Position numbers and translations under genes: made by a program. The notes beneath the pieces are model-generated. The model was not told the DNA's origin. It did not search any database and was given only the letters and a program-made list of their open reading frames with translations. Source: a virus (taxonomy: Duplodnaviria > Caudoviricetes). Taken from it: DNA of 47,055 nucleotides. Positions 36,934 through 47,055 of this stretch are shown piece by piece; positions within the stretch are counted from its first letter, which is position 1; every line of letters begins with the position of its first letter. The DNA is taken from positions 1-47,055 of the IMG/VR virus record IMGVR_UViG_3300025000_000164; one strand, given 5' to 3'.

Positions 36934-37439
36934 TGGAAGAAAAATATAGAGTAGGATTCACCTACACATTTGAACATATTGACAGAGATGGGCGGATTAT
37001 CTCAGTAGAAACAATTGAGAATCTCATGCCTAATGTTGGGCTTGATTATATGCTCAATGCTGCCTTTCATGGTGGTTCTGCATATACAGCGTGGTACTTA
37101 GGAGTGTATGGTGCTAATCGCACACCTTTAGCAACTGATACTATGACGCTTCTATTGGCTGATTGTATTGAAGACACTGTATATACTGTAGTAGGCGGAG
37201 CAAGACAAGCTATTACTATTTCCGCCCCAGTAAGTGGAGTAATGACTAATACTGCGGCTCCGAACGTGTTAGCATTTCCATCTTCTTCTACAGTCAGAGG
37301 AGCGTTTGTGACAACTGGTTCTGTTAGAGGAAGTAATTCTGGACTTCTTGTATCTGCAGCATTGTCAGCTTCTCCAAAAGTAATGGAAGCTGGGGCCGAA
37401 CTCAAATGTTATGTAGGTTTCGCCATAGTGGCGGTATAA
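36930..37439 (+). CDS. Small tail-associated structural protein
   Basis: ENLMPNVGLDYML; beta-rich. Confidence 0.65.
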   Translation: MMEEKYRVGFTYTFEHIDRDGRIISVETIENLMPNVGLDYMLNAAFHGGSAYTAWYLGVYGANRTPLATDTMTLLLADCIEDTVYTVVGGARQAITISAPVSGVMTNTAAPNVLAFPSSSTVRGAFVTTGSVRGSNSGLLVSAALSASPKVMEAGAELKCYVGFAIVAV

Positions 37440-37448
37440 GGAGGGGAT

Positions 37449-37841
37449 ATGGCATTTACTACTTATGGCGGGAATCTTGTTCTTAATTTTCTGCTGAACA
37501 CAGAAACTGCTACCAGGCCAACTGCTTGGTGGGTAGCTCTGCATACCGGCGACCCGGGAGTAGCAGGAACGGCAAACGAGTTGGTGGTTGGCACAGATCC
37601 CGATTATGTGCGGAAATCTGTCACGTTTGCCGCCGCTGCTTCACGGCAGGCATTGTCCGCTGGGGCTGCCTCGTGGACTGCTGGAACAACCGCTGGATAT
37701 AACATCACTCATGTCTCAATCTGGGATGCAGAAACAGCAGGCAACTGTCTTCTTGCCGCAGCCAAGCCTGTCGTCGTCGCTGTTACAACTGGGGCAGTCA
37801 CTACTTTTGCAATAGGCGAGATTATCGCCAACGCTCTTTAA
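37449..37841 (+). CDS. Small tail fibre-associated structural protein
   Basis: WVALHTGDPG...ITHVSIWDA..AGN pattern. Confidence 0.7.
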   Translation: MAFTTYGGNLVLNFLLNTETATRPTAWWVALHTGDPGVAGTANELVVGTDPDYVRKSVTFAAAASRQALSAGAASWTAGTTAGYNITHVSIWDAETAGNCLLAAAKPVVVAVTTGAVTTFAIGEIIANAL

Positions 37842-37850
37842 GAGGTCATA

Positions 37851-38315
37851 ATGAAAATATCTACAGGACTTCGGGTTCACCAGCTTGTTACTGGCTCTTT
37901 CAAGACTGCAATGGATGGGGCCACCTTGAAATTTTACGGTTCTCCAACCAGTCAGGCAGCAGCCGATGCACTTATTCCGGCAACAGCAGACGCAGCCATT
38001 GGTTCGGCTACGCTGATGTGTACGGTATCAGTCGGAGGTACTGGAACTGGCATGACGTTCGAGGCCACTGCTCCGAGTGGAGTGTTGAGCAAGACCTCCG
38101 CAGAATCACTGACTGGCACATTGGCTGCAACAGGCTATTACTCATTTGCTAGACTGGTTCTTGGTTCTGATACTGGCGCATTGAGTACTACTGAGAAACG
38201 GGCACAGTTTGATGTTGGTACTGTCAATGCAGATGTCATTGTCAACTCAATGTATAAGACTCTTGGCGATGCGCAGCCGATAACCTCTTTCTTCATAGCA
38301 CAGCCGGGTGAGTAA
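37851..38315 (+). CDS. Small tail-associated structural protein
   Basis: KISTGLR...PATADAA; GAGGT RBS. Confidence 0.65.
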   Translation: MKISTGLRVHQLVTGSFKTAMDGATLKFYGSPTSQAAADALIPATADAAIGSATLMCTVSVGGTGTGMTFEATAPSGVLSKTSAESLTGTLAATGYYSFARLVLGSDTGALSTTEKRAQFDVGTVNADVIVNSMYKTLGDAQPITSFFIAQPGE

Positions 38316-39215
38316 ATGGGGTGGACAATATCATCAATGCCCATATCGGCTACTTGGCGAGATGCGGCATGGAACGGTTCTGTTTTTTGTGCCGTTGGTT
38401 ATAGTGGTGCAGCTGCTACGTCTCCTGATGGAATAACATGGACACAACAGACACTTCCTTATGCTGCAAATTGCACTGGTATAGTATGGAATGGCACTCT
38501 TTTTTGTGTGTCTACTACAGAAGTAACATCACAGAATAAATCAATTCTTACTTCTTCAGATGGAATAACATGGGATATAAGAGCTTCTGTTTCGGCTCAA
38601 ACATGGATTGATATTGCCCTGAAAGGAACATTGGCTTGTGTAATTGAAAATCTTGGTCAATGGGCAGCTACTTCAATTGATGGAATTAATTGGAGCGGAA
38701 CTTATACATTACCTGTATCAACATACTGGGCGGATATCGCTTGCAATGGGTCTGTTTTTTGTGTCATTAAAGGAACATCTGCAAGCACAGTGGCTGCAAC
38801 TTCTGCTGATGGTGTAACATGGGTATCAAGAACTTTACCAGTATCTGTTGTATGGAGCAAGATAGCAGCTAATAATTATATTTTCTGCGCTATATCTGGC
38901 GATTCAGATGTATGTGCAATATCCCAGGATGGGATAACTTGGATGCAAGGTTCTCTCCCAGCAATAAGTGGAGCCTGGCAGGATATTGGCTGGAATGGAG
39001 AACTCTTTTTTATCACATCGAGCAATAATAAATTTGCTTCATCTCCAGATGGACTTACATGGACGCTTGGTGATCTTCCTGTATCTGGAACATGGTTGTG
39101 TATATCAGGTAATAATAGTATAGTTCTTTTAATTTCTAGCACTCAAGCTGCAGTATCGAATGATTATTCTAGATTCTGGACCAATTTTCACAGTCAGACT
39201 GAGCTCATTACATGA
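38316..39215 (+). CDS. Asp-box/BNR repeat beta-propeller tail protein
   Basis: Six S-x-D-G-x-T/N-W repeats with WNG spacers. Confidence 0.8.
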   Translation: MGWTISSMPISATWRDAAWNGSVFCAVGYSGAAATSPDGITWTQQTLPYAANCTGIVWNGTLFCVSTTEVTSQNKSILTSSDGITWDIRASVSAQTWIDIALKGTLACVIENLGQWAATSIDGINWSGTYTLPVSTYWADIACNGSVFCVIKGTSASTVAATSADGVTWVSRTLPVSVVWSKIAANNYIFCAISGDSDVCAISQDGITWMQGSLPAISGAWQDIGWNGELFFITSSNNKFASSPDGLTWTLGDLPVSGTWLCISGNNSIVLLISSTQAAVSNDYSRFWTNFHSQTELIT

Positions 39216-41017
39216 TCACTTTTGATGGAGATCGTAGTCTTAAACGTAAGTGGTTTGCTAAGAAGAAACTTACTCAGATCAAGGAAATGGATCTGCCAGC
39301 GTCATGTACCGTCTGGGATGGCTTCAGGTTTAAGGTCTGGCAACTTGGTGATATTGATGGTGGTAGAGTAACTGCTCCGATGGGGGCGGTTGTGACTTGT
39401 TCTACAAAGGCAGGTGTTAAGATAGCGGTAGCAGATTTTTGGCTTGGAGGATTTAATTATTTACAAGACCTCTGGGTTATATTTAAAGATCTGGGTGTGT
39501 CTGGAGAATTTACTACCTTCTTTACTGGTTCAATAGATCCTGATGGGAGTCTTGGGTATACTACCATGAAAGCTGTTCCTGTCAATGGGCAGTCCTGGTA
39601 CGGACTAATAAGTGGTGATACAGTAGGACCTGATTCAGTTCTGGTAGATGATTATTCTTGTTCTCCTTTGCTGATTCCGAAACCGGGAGAATTGTTTGAT
39701 GTTATAATTTCTGATTCTCTAGAATATGATCTTGATGGGAATGGTGTACCTGATTGGTTCAGACAAGTTTTTGAAAAAAATACTTCATTCTACATTGCCA
39801 ATGGGATGCAGCCAAGTAGAATGTCCTGCGTTTCAAAACAGATAGAATACGCTGATAATTATAATCCCTGGAGAGTTTACCAAAAAACTGGCATTGACAG
39901 ATACACTTCTTTTCACAGTGCGTGGAAGTATGATTTTATAGATGGAAATAAAGCTGTCGGGTATAACCTGAATGTAGAAACAAGTTCTCTGGATAATATC
40001 TATTTCAGCGAAATACTAAATGATGATATGCCAGAAGCTTTAAGGATTATACTAGCAACCTCAGTAAACGATGGATCATGTGAACCACTTGGGTCTTTTT
40101 CAGCACCTGGCTTTCTATTCCACGCTGTAAATTCATCTTGTTATGTTTTCTCAGGCTCTGGAGAAGAGGCTTGTGAAGCTGCTGTCTATTATGCAGCACA
40201 TCCCGAAGCTGAGAAGTGGAGATTGTTTTATTCGTTTAGCAGGAATGGATTCTTACATCTTGTTAATTCGGATCAGTTTCTTGGATTACTTGACACGCTG
40301 TCGCTACACGGTACAGCGGGTTCTTGGTTCAAGGCGAAGCAGATGTTTGAACAACTGGTTGGGGCATATCCTAATTGTAATTTTACAGTGCCATATGATT
40401 CAATAATGTTCCTGGGACATGACGAGAACCTGTATACCTGGACTAGAGAATATGGCTCTGTAAGATTTACAACAACAGGGCTATCTATTGCTTCCCTGGT
40501 AGTTCCAAGTGAAGTGGAAACTGAATCTGGTGTACGACCAGAGATAACATATGCTGGTACGTTTGAGACAGGTAGCTTGTATCTTTGTATCTGTAATAAA
40601 GTAAAGGAAGAAGTCAATGCAATATACTATGGGTCTCCATTTGTATCCTGGAATATTCTCCCAGGAGTAGCAGAAGGTCTAACACTTGTACATGCAAGAC
40701 CTGTGACTGTGACACCTACTGAGATTCTTCTAATAGGTATTATTAAAGAAACAGTCCTAGTAGAGGGTGTACCAATCGACTACTACTGCTTCGCGAGTCT
40801 ACAATGGTCCCTCGATAGTGAGGGACTTGCTAGTACAGACCTCTGGGTAAAAATGGGAAGGTTGCCATTTGTTGTTGGAGATGCAGATAACTTACAGGTT
40901 GGCTTGTATGGAGATGATTCAAGAGCAAATGCCCTTGCAACTTACCTGACACCACCTCCCGTTCTTCCACAAATGCCGGTAGGTCCATATGATAAATATT
41001 CAATAGGGATGCCATGA
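39212..41017 (+). CDS. Putative tail structural protein (601 aa)
   Basis: ATGA overlaps at both ends; position in the tail block. Confidence 0.65.
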   Translation: MITFDGDRSLKRKWFAKKKLTQIKEMDLPASCTVWDGFRFKVWQLGDIDGGRVTAPMGAVVTCSTKAGVKIAVADFWLGGFNYLQDLWVIFKDLGVSGEFTTFFTGSIDPDGSLGYTTMKAVPVNGQSWYGLISGDTVGPDSVLVDDYSCSPLLIPKPGELFDVIISDSLEYDLDGNGVPDWFRQVFEKNTSFYIANGMQPSRMSCVSKQIEYADNYNPWRVYQKTGIDRYTSFHSAWKYDFIDGNKAVGYNLNVETSSLDNIYFSEILNDDMPEALRIILATSVNDGSCEPLGSFSAPGFLFHAVNSSCYVFSGSGEEACEAAVYYAAHPEAEKWRLFYSFSRNGFLHLVNSDQFLGLLDTLSLHGTAGSWFKAKQMFEQLVGAYPNCNFTVPYDSIMFLGHDENLYTWTREYGSVRFTTTGLSIASLVVPSEVETESGVRPEITYAGTFETGSLYLCICNKVKEEVNAIYYGSPFVSWNILPGVAEGLTLVHARPVTVTPTEILLIGIIKETVLVEGVPIDYYCFASLQWSLDSEGLASTDLWVKMGRLPFVVGDADNLQVGLYGDDSRANALATYLTPPPVLPQMPVGPYDKYSIGMP

Positions 41018-42240
41018 CGATACTTCTGAAAGATATGGGGCATGCAGTTATCTCTGGCACAACCACTGTTGCTGCCAATCCAGGATATACCTCGACTGAT
41101 GTTGATGATGTTTCAGGTGTAAATATGAATGGTGAGTTTTCCACTATTCAGCCTGACGGCAGCGTATTCTTTGATAGAGTGAACGCTCCGCAAGGAGTCT
41201 ACCCGGCAATCGCAACTGAGTACAGCCTCGCAGCCAACGCGTTATTCCCGATAACCTTGGGTCAGTCTGCGGCATGGCAAAAGACCCAGATGGAAAACCT
41301 CGGACGCTCGTCAGGGTTCGGTTCGCCAATCTATACTTATCTCGCTGGGCATTATATGGGTATGTGGAACGGAGAAGCTGGGATAGGATTTTATATTTTC
41401 GTTAAGTACACTGCAGGAACTTATCCAACACAAGAGATTTATTACAACCCTGTAACTACGTTATACTCTTTAACTCCAGTTGATTATTACCGACCCACTG
41501 GCGAGACTACTGATCCGGCTATTGATCCGACGATTGTAACCGCTGAAGACCTGCTGAATACAGATTTGTATGGGAGTGACTTTACTGATCTAACAATGGC
41601 TGATGGATATTCAACTCCATTCCTCGATCCAAACTCAGGTCTTCCAACAAGGATAACGATCAATGTTGGAGGTGTCCCGTATTTTGTAACCCCAATCGGC
41701 TCGACATCTGGTACGTTCACTACCACGACCACCATGCCAGCCACTGATGGATCAACTGGTTATACGGAAATTCCTTATTCATATATTGTTGAAGCCCTGA
41801 ATAAAGGCTGGAACTCTTGGGCCAGAAGCATTGATCCGCTGGCAGAAGGGAAATATCTGATCTTTAGCATTATGGCCGGGGTGAACGCTTCGCAACTTGC
41901 TGTCGGGCCGAAAGGCAAGGAAGGTCAGGGGATCAATACTTTTACTCACTCCTTGATCATTGATTCTGAAGGTGTCAAGGTCTACGAGAACGCCGTTCAG
42001 GTAGCTACTTTGAAACTTGCTCAAGTTGCTGAGTCTTTACTGAGAATCTACCGGCACAGTGATAATACCATTCACTACGTTGCGACGACTGGAACTGAAA
42101 CGATTGTGCACGAAAGTGCCTTGGCCTGTCCCTATCCACTGGTAGTCCCTCTTTATGTTTACGGACATCTCTACACCAGCGGTGACAAGGTTCTTTCGGC
42201 AGATTTTGAAAGTGGTGAAATCCACTATGGGAGCGTCTGA
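41014..42240 (+). CDS. Putative tail structural protein (408 aa)
   Basis: Thr/Gly-rich; translationally coupled. Confidence 0.65.
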   Translation: MTILLKDMGHAVISGTTTVAANPGYTSTDVDDVSGVNMNGEFSTIQPDGSVFFDRVNAPQGVYPAIATEYSLAANALFPITLGQSAAWQKTQMENLGRSSGFGSPIYTYLAGHYMGMWNGEAGIGFYIFVKYTAGTYPTQEIYYNPVTTLYSLTPVDYYRPTGETTDPAIDPTIVTAEDLLNTDLYGSDFTDLTMADGYSTPFLDPNSGLPTRITINVGGVPYFVTPIGSTSGTFTTTTTMPATDGSTGYTEIPYSYIVEALNKGWNSWARSIDPLAEGKYLIFSIMAGVNASQLAVGPKGKEGQGINTFTHSLIIDSEGVKVYENAVQVATLKLAQVAESLLRIYRHSDNTIHYVATTGTETIVHESALACPYPLVVPLYVYGHLYTSGDKVLSADFESGEIHYGSV

Positions 42241-43427
42241 TGGATCTGGAAGTCACCCTTGATATTATAGACTATGAAGTCCTCTTTAGCAACTCTGTCG
42301 AGTTGACTATTCATGAATCAGAGAGCATCACCTTTGACTGCGAGGTTGGACTTTACGCCAACTCTACCTCGGATTATGTCAGCGCCATTCTTCCTGCAAT
42401 GGCTGGATTTGCGCGTGAGTCTGCGGGAGCCTACGGTGCTATTTACGCTACTATGCCAGCAATGATAGCGAGTATAGAGGGAGGGTTCTACACTCCGCCA
42501 GCGATACAGTATGTGTTTGGAGTTCTTCCTGCATTGACTTCATTTATCGCACTCGGCACTGAAAGTCCTATTTCTATTGATGCAGATATACCAGCCATGA
42601 TGGGCAGGGCGTATGAGAGTGATTATGGTGAGGTATCAGCTACTCTTCCAATGATGCAGGCTCTTGCTTATGAAGACCCAACTCCTGGAGAACTGTGGGT
42701 TATTTCTAAAGTCTTTGCGATGGATGGATATCATACTCCGATCCAGCATATTATTTTCCTTAATTCAACTGGTCAAGTAACCAGCACGTTTAGTGGCACC
42801 ACTGTCCAGGTCCTGACTATCATTGAGCAGTTGCAAGCAAGCGGGACGAGTACACTGTTAGGAACATATATTCTATCTATGACCTCGTCTCTTGTTGCTT
42901 CCGGAGATATGTCTCAGATAGTTGGAATAGTGGTAGGTGGGACTACTTCATATTCACCAGCACTTAATGAAGACGGAAGAGTCTGGGTTGTAAATATAGA
43001 TACTGGAGCGTCAAGTCAGTATGATGATTTTGGTTTTAATTCTTTCTTTACGGATGAAGCAACTGGAATAGACTATGGAGTAGCTGATGATGGGATTTAT
43101 GAACTTGGTTATTCTACAGACCAGGATGCAGCTATAGAGTATCTGCTTGAGGTAGGAAAATCAAACTATGGTTCCCACAGGCAGAAGAAATCTTATGCTG
43201 TATATGTGGGCGCGAGATTGAATGGAGATACTTTTCTGAAAGTAGATATAGATGGGATTGAGAAAGTTTACTCTGTGGGTAATACCGCAAGTATGCAGCC
43301 CACAAGAGTAGGCCTATCTCATAGACATACAGGTACATATTGGAATCTAACCTTAGTAGGAAATGACTGCAACATATCTGATATAGAATTTAAGCTGCTT
43401 CCAAGAGGGAGACGTACAAGTGACTGA
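42240..43427 (+). CDS. Putative tail structural protein with repeated (L/M)PAM motifs
   Basis: LPAM, MPAM, LPAL, IPAM and LPMM repeats; C-terminal WVVN...FNSF block. Confidence 0.65.
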   Translation: MDLEVTLDIIDYEVLFSNSVELTIHESESITFDCEVGLYANSTSDYVSAILPAMAGFARESAGAYGAIYATMPAMIASIEGGFYTPPAIQYVFGVLPALTSFIALGTESPISIDADIPAMMGRAYESDYGEVSATLPMMQALAYEDPTPGELWVISKVFAMDGYHTPIQHIIFLNSTGQVTSTFSGTTVQVLTIIEQLQASGTSTLLGTYILSMTSSLVASGDMSQIVGIVVGGTTSYSPALNEDGRVWVVNIDTGASSQYDDFGFNSFFTDEATGIDYGVADDGIYELGYSTDQDAAIEYLLEVGKSNYGSHRQKKSYAVYVGARLNGDTFLKVDIDGIEKVYSVGNTASMQPTRVGLSHRHTGTYWNLTLVGNDCNISDIEFKLLPRGRRTSD

Positions 43428-44388
43428 ACCTATTGAGATTATAGAAACGATCATAGCTAATGCTATGCTTACTGCCAGTGATTTTACAAATCAAGCAGCA
43501 GATGCAGCAGATGATTTGCTAGGTGTAAATGCTGGATTCTACATAGCCCCGCCCGCGAGTACAACTGGATTCACTGTCTCAGCAGTAGAACCAGATGTCC
43601 CAACTGTAGAAGATTCAGTTCTGAATTATGAACAGTACCTCGATAAGCTCGTAGCCCTACTCTCTGGGCAACTTGCTGGATTCTTTGCTCAGTATTACCC
43701 ACTCGTATCTGACGCATTTGACGAAGCTACCGCATGGCTTGTATCTACTATAACAAACGGCGGGACAGGAATAAATCAAGCCATCTGGGATCAGGTATGG
43801 AACAGGGCTAGAGAAAATGTTATAGCTGATGGAAGGCGGGTGCAGGCTCAGATTGTTACTGGGTTTTCTGCTAAGGGTATAATGCTTCCAGCGGGGGCTA
43901 TGACCAGGAAGATTTCTGAATCCCTGTTTGATCAAACTGGGAAGACTGGAATCGTAGCTACATCTAACGCAATGAAGCAGGTGGAGATTCAGATTGAGAC
44001 TATAAAGTTTGCTGTGGAGAAAGCCCTGGAGTCTCGAACTATGGCTATGACAGCAGCCGCAGATTATATAAGAGCCATTGCTACCTCACCAGGCGCGGCT
44101 GCTCAGGTCGCATCTCTTAACTCTGATAATAGGGCGAAGATGCTGTCCGCAGCCGGGGAGTTTTATAGAGCCAGACTCTCAAGAGATGAGCTTGTTTTGC
44201 GGAGCAAACTTGCAGAGCTGGATTCCACAGTTGATGTATATAAACACAGAAGAGACAATGCTACGCAGAATGATCAGGTAGAAGTCCAAGCCCTGGCCGC
44301 TGCTGCAGATGTATTCGGTCGAACTGCTTCTGCAGCCATAGCATCTCTCAATAGTATTGTCAGTACTGCATCAAACTCCTTCGCGTAA
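43420..44388 (+). CDS. Ala-rich helical virion protein (ejection-protein candidate)
   Basis: Composition and position. Confidence 0.6.
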   Translation: MTEPIEIIETIIANAMLTASDFTNQAADAADDLLGVNAGFYIAPPASTTGFTVSAVEPDVPTVEDSVLNYEQYLDKLVALLSGQLAGFFAQYYPLVSDAFDEATAWLVSTITNGGTGINQAIWDQVWNRARENVIADGRRVQAQIVTGFSAKGIMLPAGAMTRKISESLFDQTGKTGIVATSNAMKQVEIQIETIKFAVEKALESRTMAMTAAADYIRAIATSPGAAAQVASLNSDNRAKMLSAAGEFYRARLSRDELVLRSKLAELDSTVDVYKHRRDNATQNDQVEVQALAAAADVFGRTASAAIASLNSIVSTASNSFA

Positions 44389-44392
44389 GTAG

Positions 44393-44421
44393 TTGACAGT
44401 CCAGCACTTTTGCGATAATCT
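44393..44421 (+). promoter_or_regulatory. Possible sigma70-like promoter
   Basis: TTGACA-N17-TAATCT in one of the few intergenic gaps of the tail block. Confidence 0.35.
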
Positions 44422-44451
44422 AAGATTATAAGAACATATTAGGAGAATATA

Positions 44452-45279
44452 ATGGCTTGGCCTAAAGATGATAAACCCTATGATCCTTATAAGATAGGTG
44501 GAGTTGAGGAACTGAGGCAGAGAAAGATGAATAAGCTGGTTTCGGATTCCCTGGATGCTATTGCTTCTACGACAGGGTCTAAGCAGATGAATGATGCTTT
44601 CATAAATGCTGGTAAGAAAGCCAAGGCCCCTTTAGCAGTAGTGAAGGGTATGAATTATCTGTTTGGAAAACCCAATACTGCTCAAGCGGCTATTGAACCA
44701 ATGACTCCAAAAAAGACTGCTGGTAAATCCATTCCTGCTGAGAATTACATAGAAGACTCAGAGACTGGTAATGCTGTTGCAATGAATCCAGACGGTACAA
44801 TGCGCTGGTCGAATAAAGCCGGGGAGACTATTGCAAGACCTAATACTGGAATCAAAGAGCAGGGGTTGTCTACTGGTAGATTCGACAATATAGATCCTGC
44901 TAACATGACTCCACAGCAAGCACAGTACATGAGCAGGATTCAAGGAAATAACTTTGGTTCAGGAGAACCCCGGTACTTTGGGGCTTCTAAGTTATTCGCT
45001 CCTCCAGAAGATAAAAGATATAAGTGGAATACTAAAGATGCAAAGCTTGCTAGTATAGATGCAGCAAGTAGAGAACGGATTGCAGGGATGTATGGTCCTG
45101 CAGAGATGGCACAGGCTAGGGCACTGGATGAGGATACACAGATGTCTCCTCTAAGAAAAGAAATGCTGCAGAAACAATTTGATTATTATAACTCCATCGC
45201 AACTGAACCTGAAGAAGAAGGCGTTGATCCTAAATCGGCTATTGAAGAGCTCAAGAAGAAACTCCGGAAACAGATATAG
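44452..45279 (+). CDS. Putative internal virion protein
   Basis: AGGAG RBS; precedes the giant virion protein. Confidence 0.65.
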   Translation: MAWPKDDKPYDPYKIGGVEELRQRKMNKLVSDSLDAIASTTGSKQMNDAFINAGKKAKAPLAVVKGMNYLFGKPNTAQAAIEPMTPKKTAGKSIPAENYIEDSETGNAVAMNPDGTMRWSNKAGETIARPNTGIKEQGLSTGRFDNIDPANMTPQQAQYMSRIQGNNFGSGEPRYFGASKLFAPPEDKRYKWNTKDAKLASIDAASRERIAGMYGPAEMAQARALDEDTQMSPLRKEMLQKQFDYYNSIATEPEEEGVDPKSAIEELKKKLRKQI

Positions 45280-45288
45280 GATACACTT

Positions 45289-47055
45289 ATGGGATTCGAA
45301 TCTGATATAAATTCTGACATGGGTTTCTTTGCTTCCTTGGCGAAAGCTCGGGCTGCTTCACAGGAAGAAACACGGAAGACGCAGGCTGAAAGAGACAAGT
45401 ATCTTTTTGATGTCAATGCTGTCTCGAGAGATATAGCTGCGCGAACCAGCACCATGTTGCCTGAGAAGGCAAAGATTAAGGTAGCTGGTAGGGATCAGCA
45501 TGTTGCAATAGATGAGGCTTTTAAGGAAGATGATCCACTGAAGGGTGTTGGCTCAGAAGTTATGTCTATTGTTTCAGGACTTCGTGGGAAGAAGTTTAAC
45601 AGGGAAGTAGGGAATGAAGAGCTTGTACAAATGGCTTTTGACTCTGTTGTAGAGGATAGGAAGGTTCCTTCGTACCTACATAAGCTGAAACAAGATACTT
45701 CTTTCTTTGGTAAACCTGCTGGAACTGCGCCGGGGTATGAAGATGTTAAAGCTGACTTTGAAGCAAGGCCTACGGATTATGAAGCGGTACTTCATGGAGT
45801 TACGCCTAAAGGTGTCGCATCGAATCTGGGTCTTGCTGCAGGACTGAATGTCGCATTGGAAGGTGTGGGCAGGATGGCAGCACCTTTTGCGAAAAAGGCT
45901 GGAGCTGGAATTGGTGTAAGGACACTGGCTAAAGCAGCAGGGAAGGGACTATTTGGTTTACCTGCCCCCGGTGCCTATGGCTTTGCAGCTAAGTTAGCAG
46001 GACTTGCACTTACTACCGCAGCAGAGTTTGCTATCTTTGATGCAGCAGATGAAGTAGTACGGCAGAGTGATTGGGGTGCTGCAAGAGAAGATGAACCTCT
46101 TAAGGTAGCCGCTGCAGGTATGCTTGCTGGTGGTGCTGGAGTTGTTGGGTTTCATAAGACAGCTGTTAAGGCTGCAAAGAACCAGCTTATGAAAGTAAGC
46201 GAGCAGAAGGTTCACGAGCGGGTGGCTGCAGCTACGTTCGAGAAGGAAGGTACTGTCTCTTCTCTTATGGAGTATAATGATGTACTTAAGAGCCTCGAGA
46301 GAAGTAAGAAAGTTTCTGTAGGAATGGCGGATAAGTTTCTTTTAGATAATAAGAGTAAGCTTAAAAACTGGCATGATCAAGAGGTTCTTACTGATGCAGT
46401 TAAGAAGACAAGTGGGCCGCTTAACACAGTACTTGATGCAAGACAATCTGCCGCTAAAAGATTCTTTGAGAAAGCTGATAGCTTTGGGAAGCAGGAACCT
46501 TTCAAGTTATTTACAGACGCAGAGCAAAGTAGATTTAAGCAGGAAGCTTTTGATACTTATCAGAAAGGTGGGTTTGAAAAGAAGCCTATACCTGTCGATC
46601 CTAACTTGCCTGTTCCTGTTACTAACCTTGAGAGAGGTGTTGTAGCGGGTGAAGCTGTTGAAACTGGGGTTACTGTATCGGCAGGCAGGGCATTGGATAA
46701 GGCTACGAATAGATGGACGAATCTTACTTATGCGTATCCACAGCTTGAGAATAAGACTCCCCTGCTTGGATATACAAGGACTCTGAAAGTAGGAAACCAG
46801 AAGACCCTTGCAGGACCGAATGATCACTTGCTTCTGCCTGCACCCATAGAGCGTAGTATGGGTTCCTCTCTTAATCATAGGCAGCGTGTTGCACTAAGAA
46901 GTTTCTACGACCAGAATCCCGGGGCCAGAAATGCTGTAATGGAACTTGGAGAATTCATTGGCGCGGATAACCTGTCTGCTATTACAAGATACGCTGCTAC
47001 ATTCCCTGGACGTAAGGCCCCGGCTTCTATACTGGGTGCTCAGGCTGAGAATTCT
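45289..47055 (+). CDS. Large internal virion / DNA ejection protein, N-terminal part (continues through the junction to 3094; ~1570 aa total)
   Basis: ATG at 45289 after AGGA (MGFESDINSD...). The frame is open to the window end and in frame with 2..3094. Ala/Gly/Lys-rich, at the podovirus ejection-protein position. Missing from the ORF track because it has no stop inside the window. Confidence 0.8.
   Translation, partial: MGFESDINSDMGFFASLAKARAASQEETRKTQAERDKYLFDVNAVSRDIAARTSTMLPEKAKIKVAGRDQHVAIDEAFKEDDPLKGVGSEVMSIVSGLRGKKFNREVGNEELVQMAFDSVVEDRKVPSYLHKLKQDTSFFGKPAGTAPGYEDVKADFEARPTDYEAVLHGVTPKGVASNLGLAAGLNVALEGVGRMAAPFAKKAGAGIGVRTLAKAAGKGLFGLPAPGAYGFAAKLAGLALTTAAEFAIFDAADEVVRQSDWGAAREDEPLKVAAAGMLAGGAGVVGFHKTAVKAAKNQLMKVSEQKVHERVAAATFEKEGTVSSLMEYNDVLKSLERSKKVSVGMADKFLLDNKSKLKNWHDQEVLTDAVKKTSGPLNTVLDARQSAAKRFFEKADSFGKQEPFKLFTDAEQSRFKQEAFDTYQKGGFEKKPIPVDPNLPVPVTNLERGVVAGEAVETGVTVSAGRALDKATNRWTNLTYAYPQLENKTPLLGYTRTLKVGNQKTLAGPNDHLLLPAPIERSMGSSLNHRQRVALRSFYDQNPGARNAVMELGEFIGADNLSAITRYAATFPGRKAPASILGAQAENS
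46908..47055. repeat. Terminal direct repeat (circular assembly overlap), right copy
   Basis: Matches 1-148, implying a unit genome of about 46,907 bp. Confidence 0.95.

Overview
This window is an apparently complete, circularly assembled genome of about 46.9 kb from a podovirus-like tailed dsDNA phage. Bases 1-148 repeat at 46908-47055. The + strand late arm runs from 28005 through the junction to 9602 and encodes terminase, a P22-like portal, scaffold, an N4-gp56-like major capsid protein, tail proteins, a ~1570-aa internal virion protein that crosses the junction, a receptor-binding protein, exported proteins and lysis genes. The - strand early/middle arm (27204 to 9648) encodes many small ORFs, an ATP-dependent ligase, a Cas4-like nuclease, a Sak4-like ATPase, a DUF669 SSB-like protein, a ParB-HTH-methyltransferase fusion, a UDG-fused family A polymerase, DUF3987, a dNTP diphosphohydrolase and a SleB-type hydrolase. 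I saw no integrase, CI-like repressor, RNA polymerase, tRNA or CRISPR array. Main observations: (1) a canonical RF2/prfB-type +1 frameshift signal (AGG GGG TTA CTT TGA C) at the end of the receptor-binding gene, which would fuse it to a start-less metallophosphoesterase ORF, with a diverged duplicate of the gene's last 20 codons after that ORF; (2) seven dispersed 13-bp palindromes (GTGAATWATTCAC) that may be KorB/parS-like sites for the ParB-HTH-MTase; (3) a ~550-bp degenerate inverted repeat centred at a T43 tract; (4) several structured RNA or leader elements; (5) His at the PolA 762-equivalent position. All family calls are by eye from motifs; no searches were run.
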